A stretch of 64,000 bases of DNA from Octopus sinensis (Eukaryota): positions 109,368,001 to 109,432,000 of the forward strand of contig NC_042999.1 of the NCBI RefSeq assembly GCF_006345805.1, written 5' to 3'. The position numbers were made by a program, and so were the translations under genes. The stretch's first letter is position 1. Every line of letters begins with the position of its first letter. This document shows, in pieces, positions 53,214 through 64,000 of this stretch. Under the pieces are notes generated by a model. The model made no database searches. It saw only the letters and a list, made by a program, of their open reading frames with translations, and was not told where the DNA came from.

Positions 53214-54600
53214 CCTATCCATTCTTGTTGCTTCTTTCTCGCTTATATATATATATATATATATATAATGTATTGCTATTTGTGTGTGCATGTGTGTGTG
53301 TGTGGGGGGGGGGTTGTGCGTGTATTTAGGAAGGGTATCCAGCTGTAGAAACACTGCCAGATCAGACTGGAGCCTGGTGCAGCCTCCTGGCTTCCCAGAC
53401 CCCGGTTGAACCGTCCAATCCACATGCTAGCATGGAAAACGGACGTTAAACGACGATGATGATGATGATGACACACATACATGCACACACACACAAATTA
53501 GTACACCATCACACAGTATTTTGGGGGATAATTTGTTATGTAAAGCATACCTACCTATTGATTAGTAAAATTACGATTTCTTGGGCCTTACTGTGAAAAG
53601 TAATCAAACTAGTTACACCACAGATTTTATTCCTTCTTGGACAGAAAATGACAAATCAATATGAATAATTTCTACTCTTCTTAAGCCATCAACAGGGACA
53701 GAAAGTCTTTCTTCTTTTCTTGCAAATATTACTAATTCATAGATATTCGTAGAAACTCAGATTCAGTTACACTTCTCTGTCTAATTTGCATATCTGTATA
53801 TACTGAGTTCACAGATAATTAAGTAATAACGTTCTAAGCATCAATTTTTTCATTAATTAAATAATTAAGCTGTGCAGAATATTATAATATTGTTAAAAAT
53901 ACTTATGGTTTTTATTCAATTTTCATAATACTATTTCTATTAATTTTAATTTATTTATATATAATTTACATTCCTACACATTTTTCCAAGAACGTTTACT
54001 TTTCCTGAAGTTGAATGATCAAATCTTTTGATATCTTCATTAGTCTTGCATCTCTATACTAACAAACAAAGAATCAAATGAATAAATAAATAAAATGCAT
54101 AAATTAACCTCTAGAGAACTTAATAACTTAATGTTAAGTTCTCCTTCTTAACACTCATACATTTATTTTAATACTTCACATATTTTAAACTTAAAACCAA
54201 ATCGGTACTTTTATTGTCTCAAACATAACTTTATATTTTCAGCAATAATTTTATTGCAGTACAAAGCAATATAAAATTTTCACATATTTTCTGATTTTAA
54301 TGTTCTTTTCATAAAATCAAAAACTGAAATTCTATATCACTAAATTTCTGAAACTATAAGCAGCATCTTAAAAATATTTTCTTTTCTATAATTTTGCATA
54401 GTTAATTATATTACCAACTGTATTCTCTTTATTGCTTGAAACCTTTATAATCAATGTCATTGAGATTACAGGATGCAGTATTCTCAGGTTGACCGTAAAT
54501 GGAAATAAAAGAACTTACTACAATATCTGGATTGGGAAAAAAAAGTAAAACCATAAGTGGACAAATGGGTTAATCTATTTGTATATAAATATTTCTTCAG

Positions 54601-54682
54601 AATGATCTTCTCTGAAACTTGCAAAGAGAGTATTATGATTCGGATTGGAACAAATATGAAATATGGCTTTTAATTTATATAC
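54601..54682 (+). pseudogene. Candidate disrupted exon NDLL*NLQREYYDSDWNKYEIWLLIYI
   Basis: Acceptor atttcttcag, donor GTACAT; Y-x2-WL motif resembles TYQDWLHLEL; TGA 54613-54615. An alternative short open frame (MIFSETCKE) exists. Confidence 0.3.
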
Positions 54683-55026
54683 GTACATATATTTCCATGG
54701 ATTGATCAAACCTTTAAATCCAAATGCATATACATACAAGTGGACAAACAATTTACCAGCTGTATGCTTTGTTCAATTATTGAGAGTTCAACAAATGAAA
54801 ATAATAAATTTACTTCACACAGTTTCTAACAGGATGTGATCTATATGATGAAAGAGGGAAAAAAATCTGATAACTTGGAAGCTAATCAAAGGCTTGCCTA
54901 ATATTAAATAATCATTCCTCAGAAACTCATCATCTCAGATTTAAAGAAAAGTTGGAAATAGGATGTTGAAAGAAAGTTATTACTGCCAAGTGAATGCACA
55001 ATATTGGTGAGAATGGTTTTTACAAG

Positions 55027-55093
55027 GAAGTGAAACTGGAGTGGAGACTCACTTCACCAAGATTTTGCCACTGTACTGCACATACGGTCTAAG
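55027..55093 (+). CDS. Candidate exon SETGVETHFTKILPLYCTYGL (phase 1 to 2)
   Basis: Acceptor gtttttacaag, donor AG|GTGAGA; the upstream in-frame sequence reads QYW*EWFLQG. Confidence 0.5.
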
Positions 55094-55376
55094 GTGAGAG
55101 AAACTTCTTATGACATAAAACTGTCAATACAAGAGTTGCATGATTAAAAAGAAAAATAATGAGTATTCTAAATTTCCAGCATAAATATTAAATAAGTTTC
55201 AAACTTAATGTGGACTAAGGCTTAAAAATAACACCTAAATCATTATCACTTCTGTCTGTCTACATGTAAACTTAGCTGTAAAAATGGTGGTAGGAAAGTT
55301 TTGATGGTGGTTGTAGTATTTTAGAGGTGGCAATGATGATGGTGTATATGCTAGTAATGATAGTACTTATTAGTGA

Positions 55377-55700
55377 GGGCGCGTGGCTTAGTGGTTAGGG
55401 CATTCGGCTCATGATCGTAAGGTTGTGAGTTCGATTCCCGGCGACGCGTTGTGTCCTTGAGCAAGACACTTTATTTCACGTTGCTCCAGTCCACTCAGCT
55501 GGCAAAAATGAGTTGTACTTGTATTTCAAAGGGTCAGCCTTGTCACTCTCTGTGTCACACTGATTATCCCCGAGAACTACGTTAAGGGTACACGTGTCTG
55601 TGGAATGCTCAGCCATTTGCACGTTAATTTCACGAGCAAGCTGTTCCGTTGATCGTATCAGCTGGGACCCTCGTCGTCGTAACCGGCGGAGTCTAAGTCT
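55377..55700 (+). mobile_element. Young tRNA-derived SINE, Meta/CORE-like middle
   Basis: ggcgcgtggcttagtggttagg..gagttcgattccc..gtgtccttgagcaagacac; CpG-rich. Confidence 0.9.
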
Positions 55701-56191
55701 AAGAGAGAGAGTACTTATTATATGTGTCATACCAACATACATAAAACATACAAATAAACAATTACATACGCTCATAAGATGCAAATTACATTTGCAATTT
55801 AAAAAGTAAGCCACAATTTGAAGAATAAGTATTTTTTTTTAATTTACTGTTTAACACATGTCTAATTACATGTCTATGTGAATTAAATTTTTTGTGTATG
55901 AATCTTCAAATCCTTTTATTAAAAACCAAAGTACATTAGGTAAAATTCAGAAATATAGTTACTTGTCAATCATTCAGATGTTTTTTTAAAGAATTAAATA
56001 AAAACAAGAAATGTAAATTCTAAAGTTAAAATAATTTTCCAGTAATGTTTAATATTTTAATGTTGATTTTCAAATTGAGTTTTGTTAATTTAAAACTTCA
56101 CATTCATTATATGAGCCTAGCATTTCAGCCTGTCATTTTGTAAACTATGAATTCATACTTTGAAGAATGTGTTTGCCATTAACTATAATAG

Positions 56192-56224
<33 letters not shown>

Positions 56225-56368
56225 TTATATTGCTTATGTATTTTAAGGATATATTTCAATGCCTATTTCCAATCCAAACACAGATATGACATTTCTACAA
56301 ATTTAGATATTGCATATAAACGTTTACATCATCATGTCTTCCTTACATTATTATTCATCTATGAATAG

Positions 56369-56458
56369 AGAAGATTTGTTTTTCCAGGAAATATTTGCAC
56401 AAAACATGAAGCAAGATCATTTAGCATTTCTGAGATCATACAATTGCTCTTATGTTCT
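56369..56458 (+). CDS. Candidate exon EDLFFQEIFAQNMKQDHLAFLRSYNCSYV (phase 2 to 2; alternative acceptor at 56387)
   Basis: Open frame, phase-compatible with 55093 and 59703; donor GTACAT. Confidence 0.45.
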
Positions 56459-57195
56459 GTACATTGTTAATACTAACTATACACTCTCCTCTGTAGATTA
56501 TACAATTCTTTATTATTTTATAACTTTCTGTGCATTTATACCATTCACATGCTACCTTGATGCTTTTCATACCAGATTTACACTGGTTTTATGATATCAG
56601 AAACGTCTTCCATCAGTGATGTAACAATTTAATCTCCAACAGCTCCAAGACAGGATCACTATAAGTACATAGAAAATAGTGTTGCATTACACACTTCCTG
56701 AGTTGGAAACAACACAATAAAATCTATACAACTGTTCTGGATAAGGGACTTTAAAAATTCTGATGATTTCTCATGGCAGTTTCACATATGACGAAATTAT
56801 ATTACAATGACTATAATGGCTATTTTTAAGACCAGAAAATATTTCAGGTCTGATAAATTTTCACCGTCTCTAAAACTCAGATATAAGGCACATTGGAATA
56901 GTGGGCACACGCACACACACACACAAGCACAAACATATAGGCTCAAGTGTGTGTACATATTAATACTGCTATATTCAAGAATCCTTGCCTGCATCCAAAA
57001 GAAGGCTAGGCATGTAGCTAATTGTATGTAGCATATTATACATCACATATACATACATATATGCTTCTTTATTGCCTACAGGGGGCTAAACATAGAGGGG
57101 ACAAACAAATCGACCCCAGGGCGTAACTGGTACTTATTTAATCAACCCTGAAAGGATGAAAGACAAAATCAACATTGGCAGAATTTGAACTCAGA

Positions 57196-57851
57196 TGGCT
57201 ATGTGCAGACCCTTCTGAAGTTCCAAGTGTTATGCATACAAAATTTCCTGCAACTGTCATGGTTTTAGGGATTGTCAGCAATGAAGGATATGTGATGCCT
57301 CCTTACTTCTTTCCACAAGGCCTTAGAGTTAACTCTGCCACCTACATTGAAGTCCTGGAAATAATTGTTAAGCTCTGGATAGACAGTGTATGCAATGGAA
57401 GGTCATATGTGCTTCCATAAGACTGCACTATCACACATGGTTCTAGTAACACAGGAATGGATGGCTAAAAATTTTCATGATCATATAAACCCTAACATTT
57501 GGCCTCCTAATTCCCCACATCTGAATCCATTGGACTATTACACATGAAGCGTTGTTGAGAGAGAGGTCAATAAACATGCCCATCACACTAAAGATACTTT
57601 GAAAGCTGCCATAGTCAGAGTAATGTCCAAAATGAACCAGGACCACTTGATTTGAGCATGTAGATGATTTAGATCTCATATAGAAGCAGTTGCTGAAGCT
57701 GAAGGTGGCTTTATTGAATAACATTATAGAAAAGGAGGTTTATTTTTATCCTCATAGCATTTTTTTATAAATGAAGTTATTATCTGTTATTATATATCTG
57801 TTTTTTTTATAAACACAAATCTTTCCTCAAATATCTTACACACCCTGTATA
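57196..57851 (+). mobile_element. maT-type (DD37D) transposon 3' half
   Basis: KFPATVMVLGIVSNEGYVMPP..WPPNSPHLNPLDYY, ~37 residues between the last two Asp positions; TIR caccctgta. Confidence 0.85.
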
Positions 57852-57852
57852 T

Positions 57853-57892
<40 letters not shown>

Positions 57893-57988
57893 GCGATGGT
57901 ATGAGAGGTATTGGTATCTAGAAGACCCAATATGTGTGTGTGTGTGTATGCACATATATTCACACACACACATACATTATACATTATA

Positions 57989-59432
57989 TATTAGTTTGGA
58001 AACAAAGTTCTGTTACATTTTTGATATGATCACTTCGGGGGTACGATTTCAATACTTAGAGTGAAGTGCATAAGCTTTACATTTTAATGTGTTTCTGTCT
58101 TTGCAGATCATTTTACACAATAATAGTAAAAATTTGCGCTATATTATTCCTCTAAATGAGTTTAGATCAAACCAATGTCAGACAAAATGAGCTCTTCAAA
58201 GGATGGAACCAGCAGGAAATTTAAGTGTCCAGATATGCCAATAATGGTTTGGCTGACTTCTCTTGGGACATTTTTCCCTCACAAATTTCTGTCAATCTGA
58301 ACGACCAAATTTTGTGACTGTTGAGAATATACAGAAGATCTTGATGCAAGTAACACTCCGGTCATAAAATACCCTTTACGAACTAGGAAAAATGCCAAAA
58401 CTTGTTATGTGGGTCTTTCAACATCTGACTGTTTCCGCTACTTAAAAAGTTGTTCTGCTAATGATTGAAAAAGAGACTTGGTACCAAACCTTTCTTGAGC
58501 AGAATCATCACATCTGATTAAAAGTATGTTTTCTAAAATCATATCCAACATAAATGACGATAGTAAGCACCCAATCAGAAAATAGAATCCATCCCAAACC
58601 AGGAATACAACTAAAATGTTTATGCTGTCTGTTTGGTGGGATATGAAGGGTGTCATCTATCATAAAGTGTTAAACCAAAATGACACTGTTAATGTGGAGA
58701 TGTGTTGTCATCAACTGGAAGCATTGCTTACAATTTGCAGAAAAAGCACTTATTAGTCAGTAATGCATAACCACACATTGCTCAAACCACCATGGCTCAG
58801 TGGTTAGAGCATCAGGCTCACAATCATGAGATAGTGAGTTTGGTTCCTGGCCTGGGCTCTGTGTTGTGTTCTTGAGCAAGACACTTTATTTTACATTGCT
58901 CCAGTTCACTCAGCTGTAGAAATGAGGTGCGATGTTACTGGTGCCAAGTTGCATTGGCCTTTCCTTTCCCTTGGATAGCATTGATGATGAGAGGGGAAGC
59001 TGGTATGCATGGTAGACTGCTGGTCTTACATAACAACCCATGCTCAGACTTTTGCCTCAGAGGGGAACTTTCTAGGTGCAATCCCATGGTCATTATTGAC
59101 CGAAGGGGGTTTTAACAAAAGTTTTATCACATCCTCCTTATTCTTCTGACCCTGATCCATCTGATTATCATCTTTTTACATCATTTCAACATTATTTAGA
59201 AGGGAAAACAGTTTATCCATTGTGAAGAAATTAAAATAATTTTGACTACTTCTTGGCTTCAAAATCTGAAGAGCTTTACACTCAAGGGATTGAAAATTTG
59301 CCAAATAGATGGGATTACATTATCAATAATGAGGGGGAAATGTATGCTGAATAAATCTATCAATTCTGACAAAAGAAGGAGTTGTTTCTTTCTTGTCTTG
59401 AGATGTGACAGGATTTTCTTTCCAACTTAATA
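57989..59432 (+). mobile_element. Decayed mariner element with SINE insertion
   Basis: Ends tattagtttggaaa / tttccaacttaata; MLSVWWDMKGVIYH; HPPYSSDPDPSDYHLF; SINE at 58790-59115. Confidence 0.85.
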
Positions 59433-59702
59433 TATATATATATATTCATGTGTGTGTATTTTCATGTGTGTGTATACATGCACACACACACACATGCAGA
59501 CACACACACACATGCAACTGTCCTAACAGAAGTAGAAAACTATTTCTACCTCTATGATAATAATGGAATAGAAATTGGAAGAGAAGCCTTATTAAACTTC
59601 ATTATATGTGTTATGAAAGATAAAATATATTACACGCATATCACTGGATCCTCAGGCGAATTCCTTGAAGGTCCAGTGATATATGTTTAAAATTTTATGT
59701 AG

Positions 59703-59728
59703 GCGCTACCTGGCTGACAGAAATGTTA
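59703..59728 (+). CDS. Candidate 26-nt exon RYLADRNV (phase 2 to 1)
   Basis: Acceptor ttttatgtag, donor GTATGT. Confidence 0.45.
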
Positions 59729-61262
59729 GTATGTCTAACAAATTATAATATTCGATTATGTTTCATTGCATTCTGAATCTCACCTAAATCCACTTTAATT
59801 TTCATCTCCCCCAAGCTGATAGATAAATGATCAATGAATACAACAAAGATTGGGGCCAACAGATTTGATAAGTTTGAGAGAAATGAGTAAAAGAAGAAAT
59901 GCATCATCATCATCACCATAATTGTTGTTGTCATTTCCATGTTAGCATGGTTTGGGCAGGTTTTCTAGGGGCAGTATCTTACAGTCAGATGCCCTTTCTA
60001 TTGCCAACACTTTATTCATTCCTTAGAACATGCAAGGACAAGGTACTTCTATTCTAAAACTGGGATACATGCAATATAAAAAGAATACATGAAGAGAGTG
60101 AAAGAATATTATATAAAACCAAGAAAGTTATATATCCTTATGGAATTTTGTCAGTGAACAGGTTGCGGTCTCAAAGTGACGAAAATATTTTGACAAATTA
60201 AATTTAAATGTTGAAGTGAATCTAACGGTTTTTGTATGTTTCTTAAATGGCTTATAAACTCCTTCCACGCTGCAATTGTTTTCGTTCCAGCATACAATCT
60301 CAGATCAGGTCACTTGCTATGCAAGTGCATCTCTGTAAATCTATCTTTTTTTTTGTTTTTGATAATTTATTTTGAGTATTTTGCCTTTGCTACTGCTTTG
60401 TAATTTACTGGCCAATGATAAAGCTATAAAATTACAACACAAACAGTCCATCAGTTCTATCAATTACACTTAATCTGGTAGAATCTATAAAAGCTTAGGG
60501 AATTACACCTTTTTTCCTTGGAATAATCCTTGTTGGTTTTTAATATCCATTTTCCATGCATGCAATGAGGTAAACTTTTTACATTTCGATGCCCTTCCTG
60601 TCACTAACCCTTACTTCTTTCCAAACAAGGTAATATTTCCTCATGACTGGATATGCTTTCATGGAAGCCTGGAAATGAGGGACACTGTTTGCTTGATAGT
60701 GATGTTTATTTATAATTAATGCATGATTTAAAGACAAGGTGACACTAACATTAACTGCCTTATACTTCCACACACATATATACATATGTGTCCTAGAGCA
60801 AGACACCTTATTTCCTATTGCTCCAGTCCACTCAGCTGGCAAAGATGAATAATAACAGTATTTCAAAATGGCCAGCCAGGTCACACTCTGTATCACACTG
60901 AATCTCCCTGAGAATGACATTAAGGGTACACGTGTCTGTGGAGTGCTCAACTACATGCACGTTAATTTCACAAGCAAGCTCTTCCATTGATTGGATCAAC
61001 TGAGCCTTCATCGTTGTAACCGACAGCGTGCCATTAAATATATATATATATATATATATGGCACTTTAAAAGCACCCACTACACTCTCGGAGTGGTTGGC
61101 ATTAGGAAGGGCATCCAGTTGTAGAAACTCTGCCGGATCAGATTGGAGCCTGGCGCAGCCATCTGGTTCGCCAGTCCTCAGTCAAATCGTCCAACCCATG
61201 CTAGCATGGAAAGCAGACGTTAAATGATGATGATGATAATGATGATGATGTAGACATATACA

Positions 61263-62147
61263 TACGAGGTCTGATCAACGGACTGTTGCCATAGTAACGA
61301 AGCTAAAGCATGCAGAGTGAGGTCACTTTACAGATTGACCTTGGACTCAGTTGTTCATGCACACTAAGTTCTAACATTCTAGCTCACTTCTGCTGTTTTA
61401 CAGCAGTACTTGGAAGGAACATGTGTAGCATGTGATCATCGCATTGATCATGACAAAGCAAGTTGTCATGGCGATACCTGCTCAGAGGCCTACGCAAAGT
61501 TGCAGAAACTGTATGGAGAGGAGTGTATGAGTCACACACAAGAGTACAAGTGGTTCAGAGGTTTCCAAGATGGCCTAAAAATTGTTGATAATGACGAATG
61601 TTCTGGAAGACCTGCAACCAACAGAACTGAGAAAAACATTGCAGATGTGCATGCAGCTGTGAGGGGAAATCACCAAATCACTGTCAGTGAGTTATCAAAT
61701 GATGTTCTGATTAGTTATGGTTCAGTTCAGTACATTATCACTGAAGATTTGAGTATGAGACGCATGTCTGCTAAGTTTGTGCCAAAACTGCTTTCAGTTG
61801 ATCAAAAAGACACTCGGGTTTCAGTTGTACAAAATCTCCTTGATTGTGACGAGAACGAAAACTCTTTGAAAACTTTGCGTAGGTCTCTGAGCAGGTATTG
61901 CCAAGCTTTTGGCTGAATTTGATGCAGATTTTCTGCACAACTTTTGCTGTCATGATCAAGGCAAGGATCACACACTACACACATTACTGCCAAGCACTGC
62001 TGTAAACAGCGTAAGTGCACTAGAACATTAAAACTTCGTGCTCATGCACAGCAGAGTTCAAAGTCAATCTGTGTTAAGCAGCTTTACTCTGCATGCTTTA
62101 GCTTTGTTAGTATGGCAACAGTCCGGATACTTATTGATCAAACCATA
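61263..62147 (+). mobile_element. Non-autonomous mariner derivative with two inverted 5' ends
   Basis: HTH region EAYAKLQKLYGEECMS..KWF..F; 61875-62147 is an inverted copy of the 5' end and start of the ORF. Confidence 0.8.
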
Positions 62148-62702
62148 TATACATATATAGACAATGGGCTTCTTTTAGTTTCTTATTTCTTTACTGCTCA
62201 CAAGGGGCCAAACAAGGACAGACAAAGGGATTAAGTCGATTACACCGACCCCAGTGCATAACTGGTACTTAATTTATCGACCCCGAAAGGATGAAAGGCA
62301 AAGTCGACCTCGGCGGGATTCGAACTCAGAACGTAACAGCAGACGAAATACCACTAAGCATTTCGCCTGGCGTGCTTATGATTCTGCCAGCTCACCGCCT
62401 TCAGTTAGTTTCTTTTAGTTTCTATTTACCAACTCTACTCACAAGGCTTTGGTCCACCTGTGGTCATAGCAGAGGACACTAGTCTGACATGCCATGCAGT
62501 GGGACTGAACCCAATGTCTGGTCCATATATCAAGGATGACCACTAATCTAAATTCTATTTGGGTGCTTGTCTTAATCTGTCATCCAGTTAAACACTGCCA
62601 CTTGGTTTCAAGGTGACTTAGTGAAGTCCACTTTGTTACAAGCAACTGGTTCTATTAGTCTTACTAGTTGAGTTGCACTTTCTTCCTGTTTTCTTCGACA
62701 AG

Positions 62703-62757
62703 ACTTTGGGGCCACTGCTTTTCCTCCTTTGAATAAGAAATGGGAAAAGAAAGCAAG
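62703..62757 (+). CDS. Candidate exon FGATAFPPLNKKWEKKA (phase 1 to 2)
   Basis: Long pyrimidine tract ctttcttcctgttttcttcgacaag, donor AG|GTAAAC. Confidence 0.5.
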
Positions 62758-63362
62758 GTAAACTAAATATGGATGTATATATAAAGATGGTATATGGAAT
62801 TTGTCACTTTTTTTTCCCAAAGCATTGATAACTATTTGAAACCTCAGTGCTATCAACTCTCACTTACAAGCAGAGATGTATTGATACAATATCGCAAAGT
62901 TAATATGAAGAAAAATGTCTTGAAAGAAAAGTTCAAGGTGTTCTAAGAGTCAACTGTGACCTCGATCAATATGAAATAAAATATATACAATAGAATATAT
63001 AAATAAATAAATAAAACCCAAGTGTCAGGCAGCATATTAGTAGATTTATTTTATGTAATTACAATAAATTTAGTTCTGTTCAATTAGAAATGAAAGAGGT
63101 TCTTCGAAACCATTCCAGTTTTGAATCACTATAAATTTTCAATCAAAGCAGATATTTTAATGGATTCTTTGGTTCTAAAAGATCATCATCATCATCATCA
63201 TCACCATCATCATCATCATCTTCATCATCACCACCTACGTCATCCACATCATTGTTGATATTGGTATTATTGTCAATGTTGTTACTGTTGATATTATTAT
63301 TATTATTATTATTATTATTATCATCATCATCACTACCATCACTATTATTATGCCTTTACAAG

Positions 63363-63398
63363 CTTGGTTATCTGTGAAATATTAAAAGTTCCTGTCAG
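63363..63398 (+). CDS. Candidate exon LVICEILKVPV (phase 2 to 2), or 5' part of a frameshifted longer exon continuing VSSLKDTFHQHLKQREQFFAAVEDWFQ*
   Basis: Acceptor gcctttacaag, donor CAG|GTAAGT; the downstream frame is protein-like up to TGA 63480. Confidence 0.45.
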
Positions 63399-63540
63399 GT
63401 AAGTTCACTTAAGGACACCTTTCATCAACATTTGAAACAGCGAGAACAATTCTTTGCTGCAGTTGAAGATTGGTTCCAGTGATATCAACTCCATTAGACT
63501 TTGGACACATTTGAAATTGTAATAGTTCTTACTTTCTCTT

Positions 63541-63575
<35 letters not shown>

Positions 63576-64000
63576 CACATACATACACACATATATATAT
63601 ATATTTATATAAAAGTATCTGTGTATGTATATATATATACATATATATAAATAAATAAATAAGTATATGTGTGTGTGTTTAATGTATGTATATATATAAA
63701 CACACACATACACATATGTACTGACAATAATCTGAAAGATTCATGCCAGAAGTTTAATGTGGTCTGTTAGAAATAAATATCCCTAAAATGGAAAGAAAGC
63801 AGGCATTAACTTTTTAAGTGGTCTCTTTGATAAAAAAAAAATAATGAAACAGTTCCAAGTAATAACTTTTTCAAGAACTTTTGCACATACATGCCCAAAT
63901 TTTCTTACATACACTCAAATACTTGCATCTTGGAAGAACAGGTAATTCAAAGGCATGTAGGAGATAAATGCCATCTATGTACGTCAGCAAGTCAAACTTT

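Larger units (their letters stand above)
52805..53247. repeat. 443-bp spacer-less palindrome (arms 222/221 bp), probably an inverted pair of PLE pseudo-LTRs
   Basis: tataagcgagaaag...gttcttt|aaagaac...ctttctcgcttata; centre 53026/53027; the only arm difference I see is one T in a homopolymer; followed by (TA)n. Confidence 0.95.
11118..63482 (+). pseudogene. FANCA: Multi-exon FANCA-like gene, probably decaying (possible unitary pseudogene); may extend beyond both coordinates
   Basis: Most exons were picked first from AG/GT signals and phase compatibility, then compared by eye with human FANCA recalled from memory. Colinear resemblances: LFRDVQTDAMSLLSDILISIF..DFQ ~ LFRN..DVARAMLSDFVQMF..GFQ; HWLLYF-x17-FF ~ CWFGVF-x17-FF; SRKDPSYIYFIVNRISEVV ~ SKKALVFLFTFLSELV; SAYLIILCS ~ PAVLTRLCQ; KRETI..EGLVIKL ~ SRDTL..PGLIKKF; EDLFFQEIF ~ EHFLFEIF; REQFFAAV ~ CEQFFHLV. 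In-frame stops at 28585, 37012, 54613, 55008 and 63480. Not verified by search. Confidence 0.45.

Noticed and set aside
55377-55450. tRNA gene (also 16540, 27240, 51953)
   Set aside because: A/B boxes run straight into SINE bodies; no proper acceptor-stem closure.
28585-63482. Selenocysteine recoding of the TGA codons
   Set aside because: No aligned Cys/Sec motif and no SECIS identifiable in the window.

Overview
AT-rich, intron- and repeat-dominated animal genomic DNA. The repeat families (tRNA-derived SINEs, RTE LINEs with (TGA)n tails, abundant (TA)n/(CA)n) look like those of Octopus or a related coleoid; this is an inference. No long intact host ORF is present, and most ORFs in the six-frame track are repeat artefacts. 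Main content: (1) about 19 short plus-strand exon candidates from ~11.1 kb to ~63.5 kb. Several are phase-compatible, and by eye they are colinear with human FANCA as I recall it. Several homologous blocks carry in-frame stops or a frameshift, suggesting a decaying FANCA-like gene. (2) A young 5'-truncated RTE LINE (28.9-32.2 kb) with a PHD-type finger inside its RT and a ~61-bp minisatellite in its 3' UTR. (3) A 443-bp spacer-less palindrome (52805-53247) whose two arms each carry a complete minimal type I hammerhead ribozyme of the Penelope-like-element (PLE) kind, plus other microsatellite-anchored hairpins and degenerate hammerhead relics. (4) Local inverted and direct duplications. (5) Relics of mariner, maT (DD37D), Helitron, piggyBac MITE, PLE and many SINEs. 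All alignments were done by eye; no search was run.
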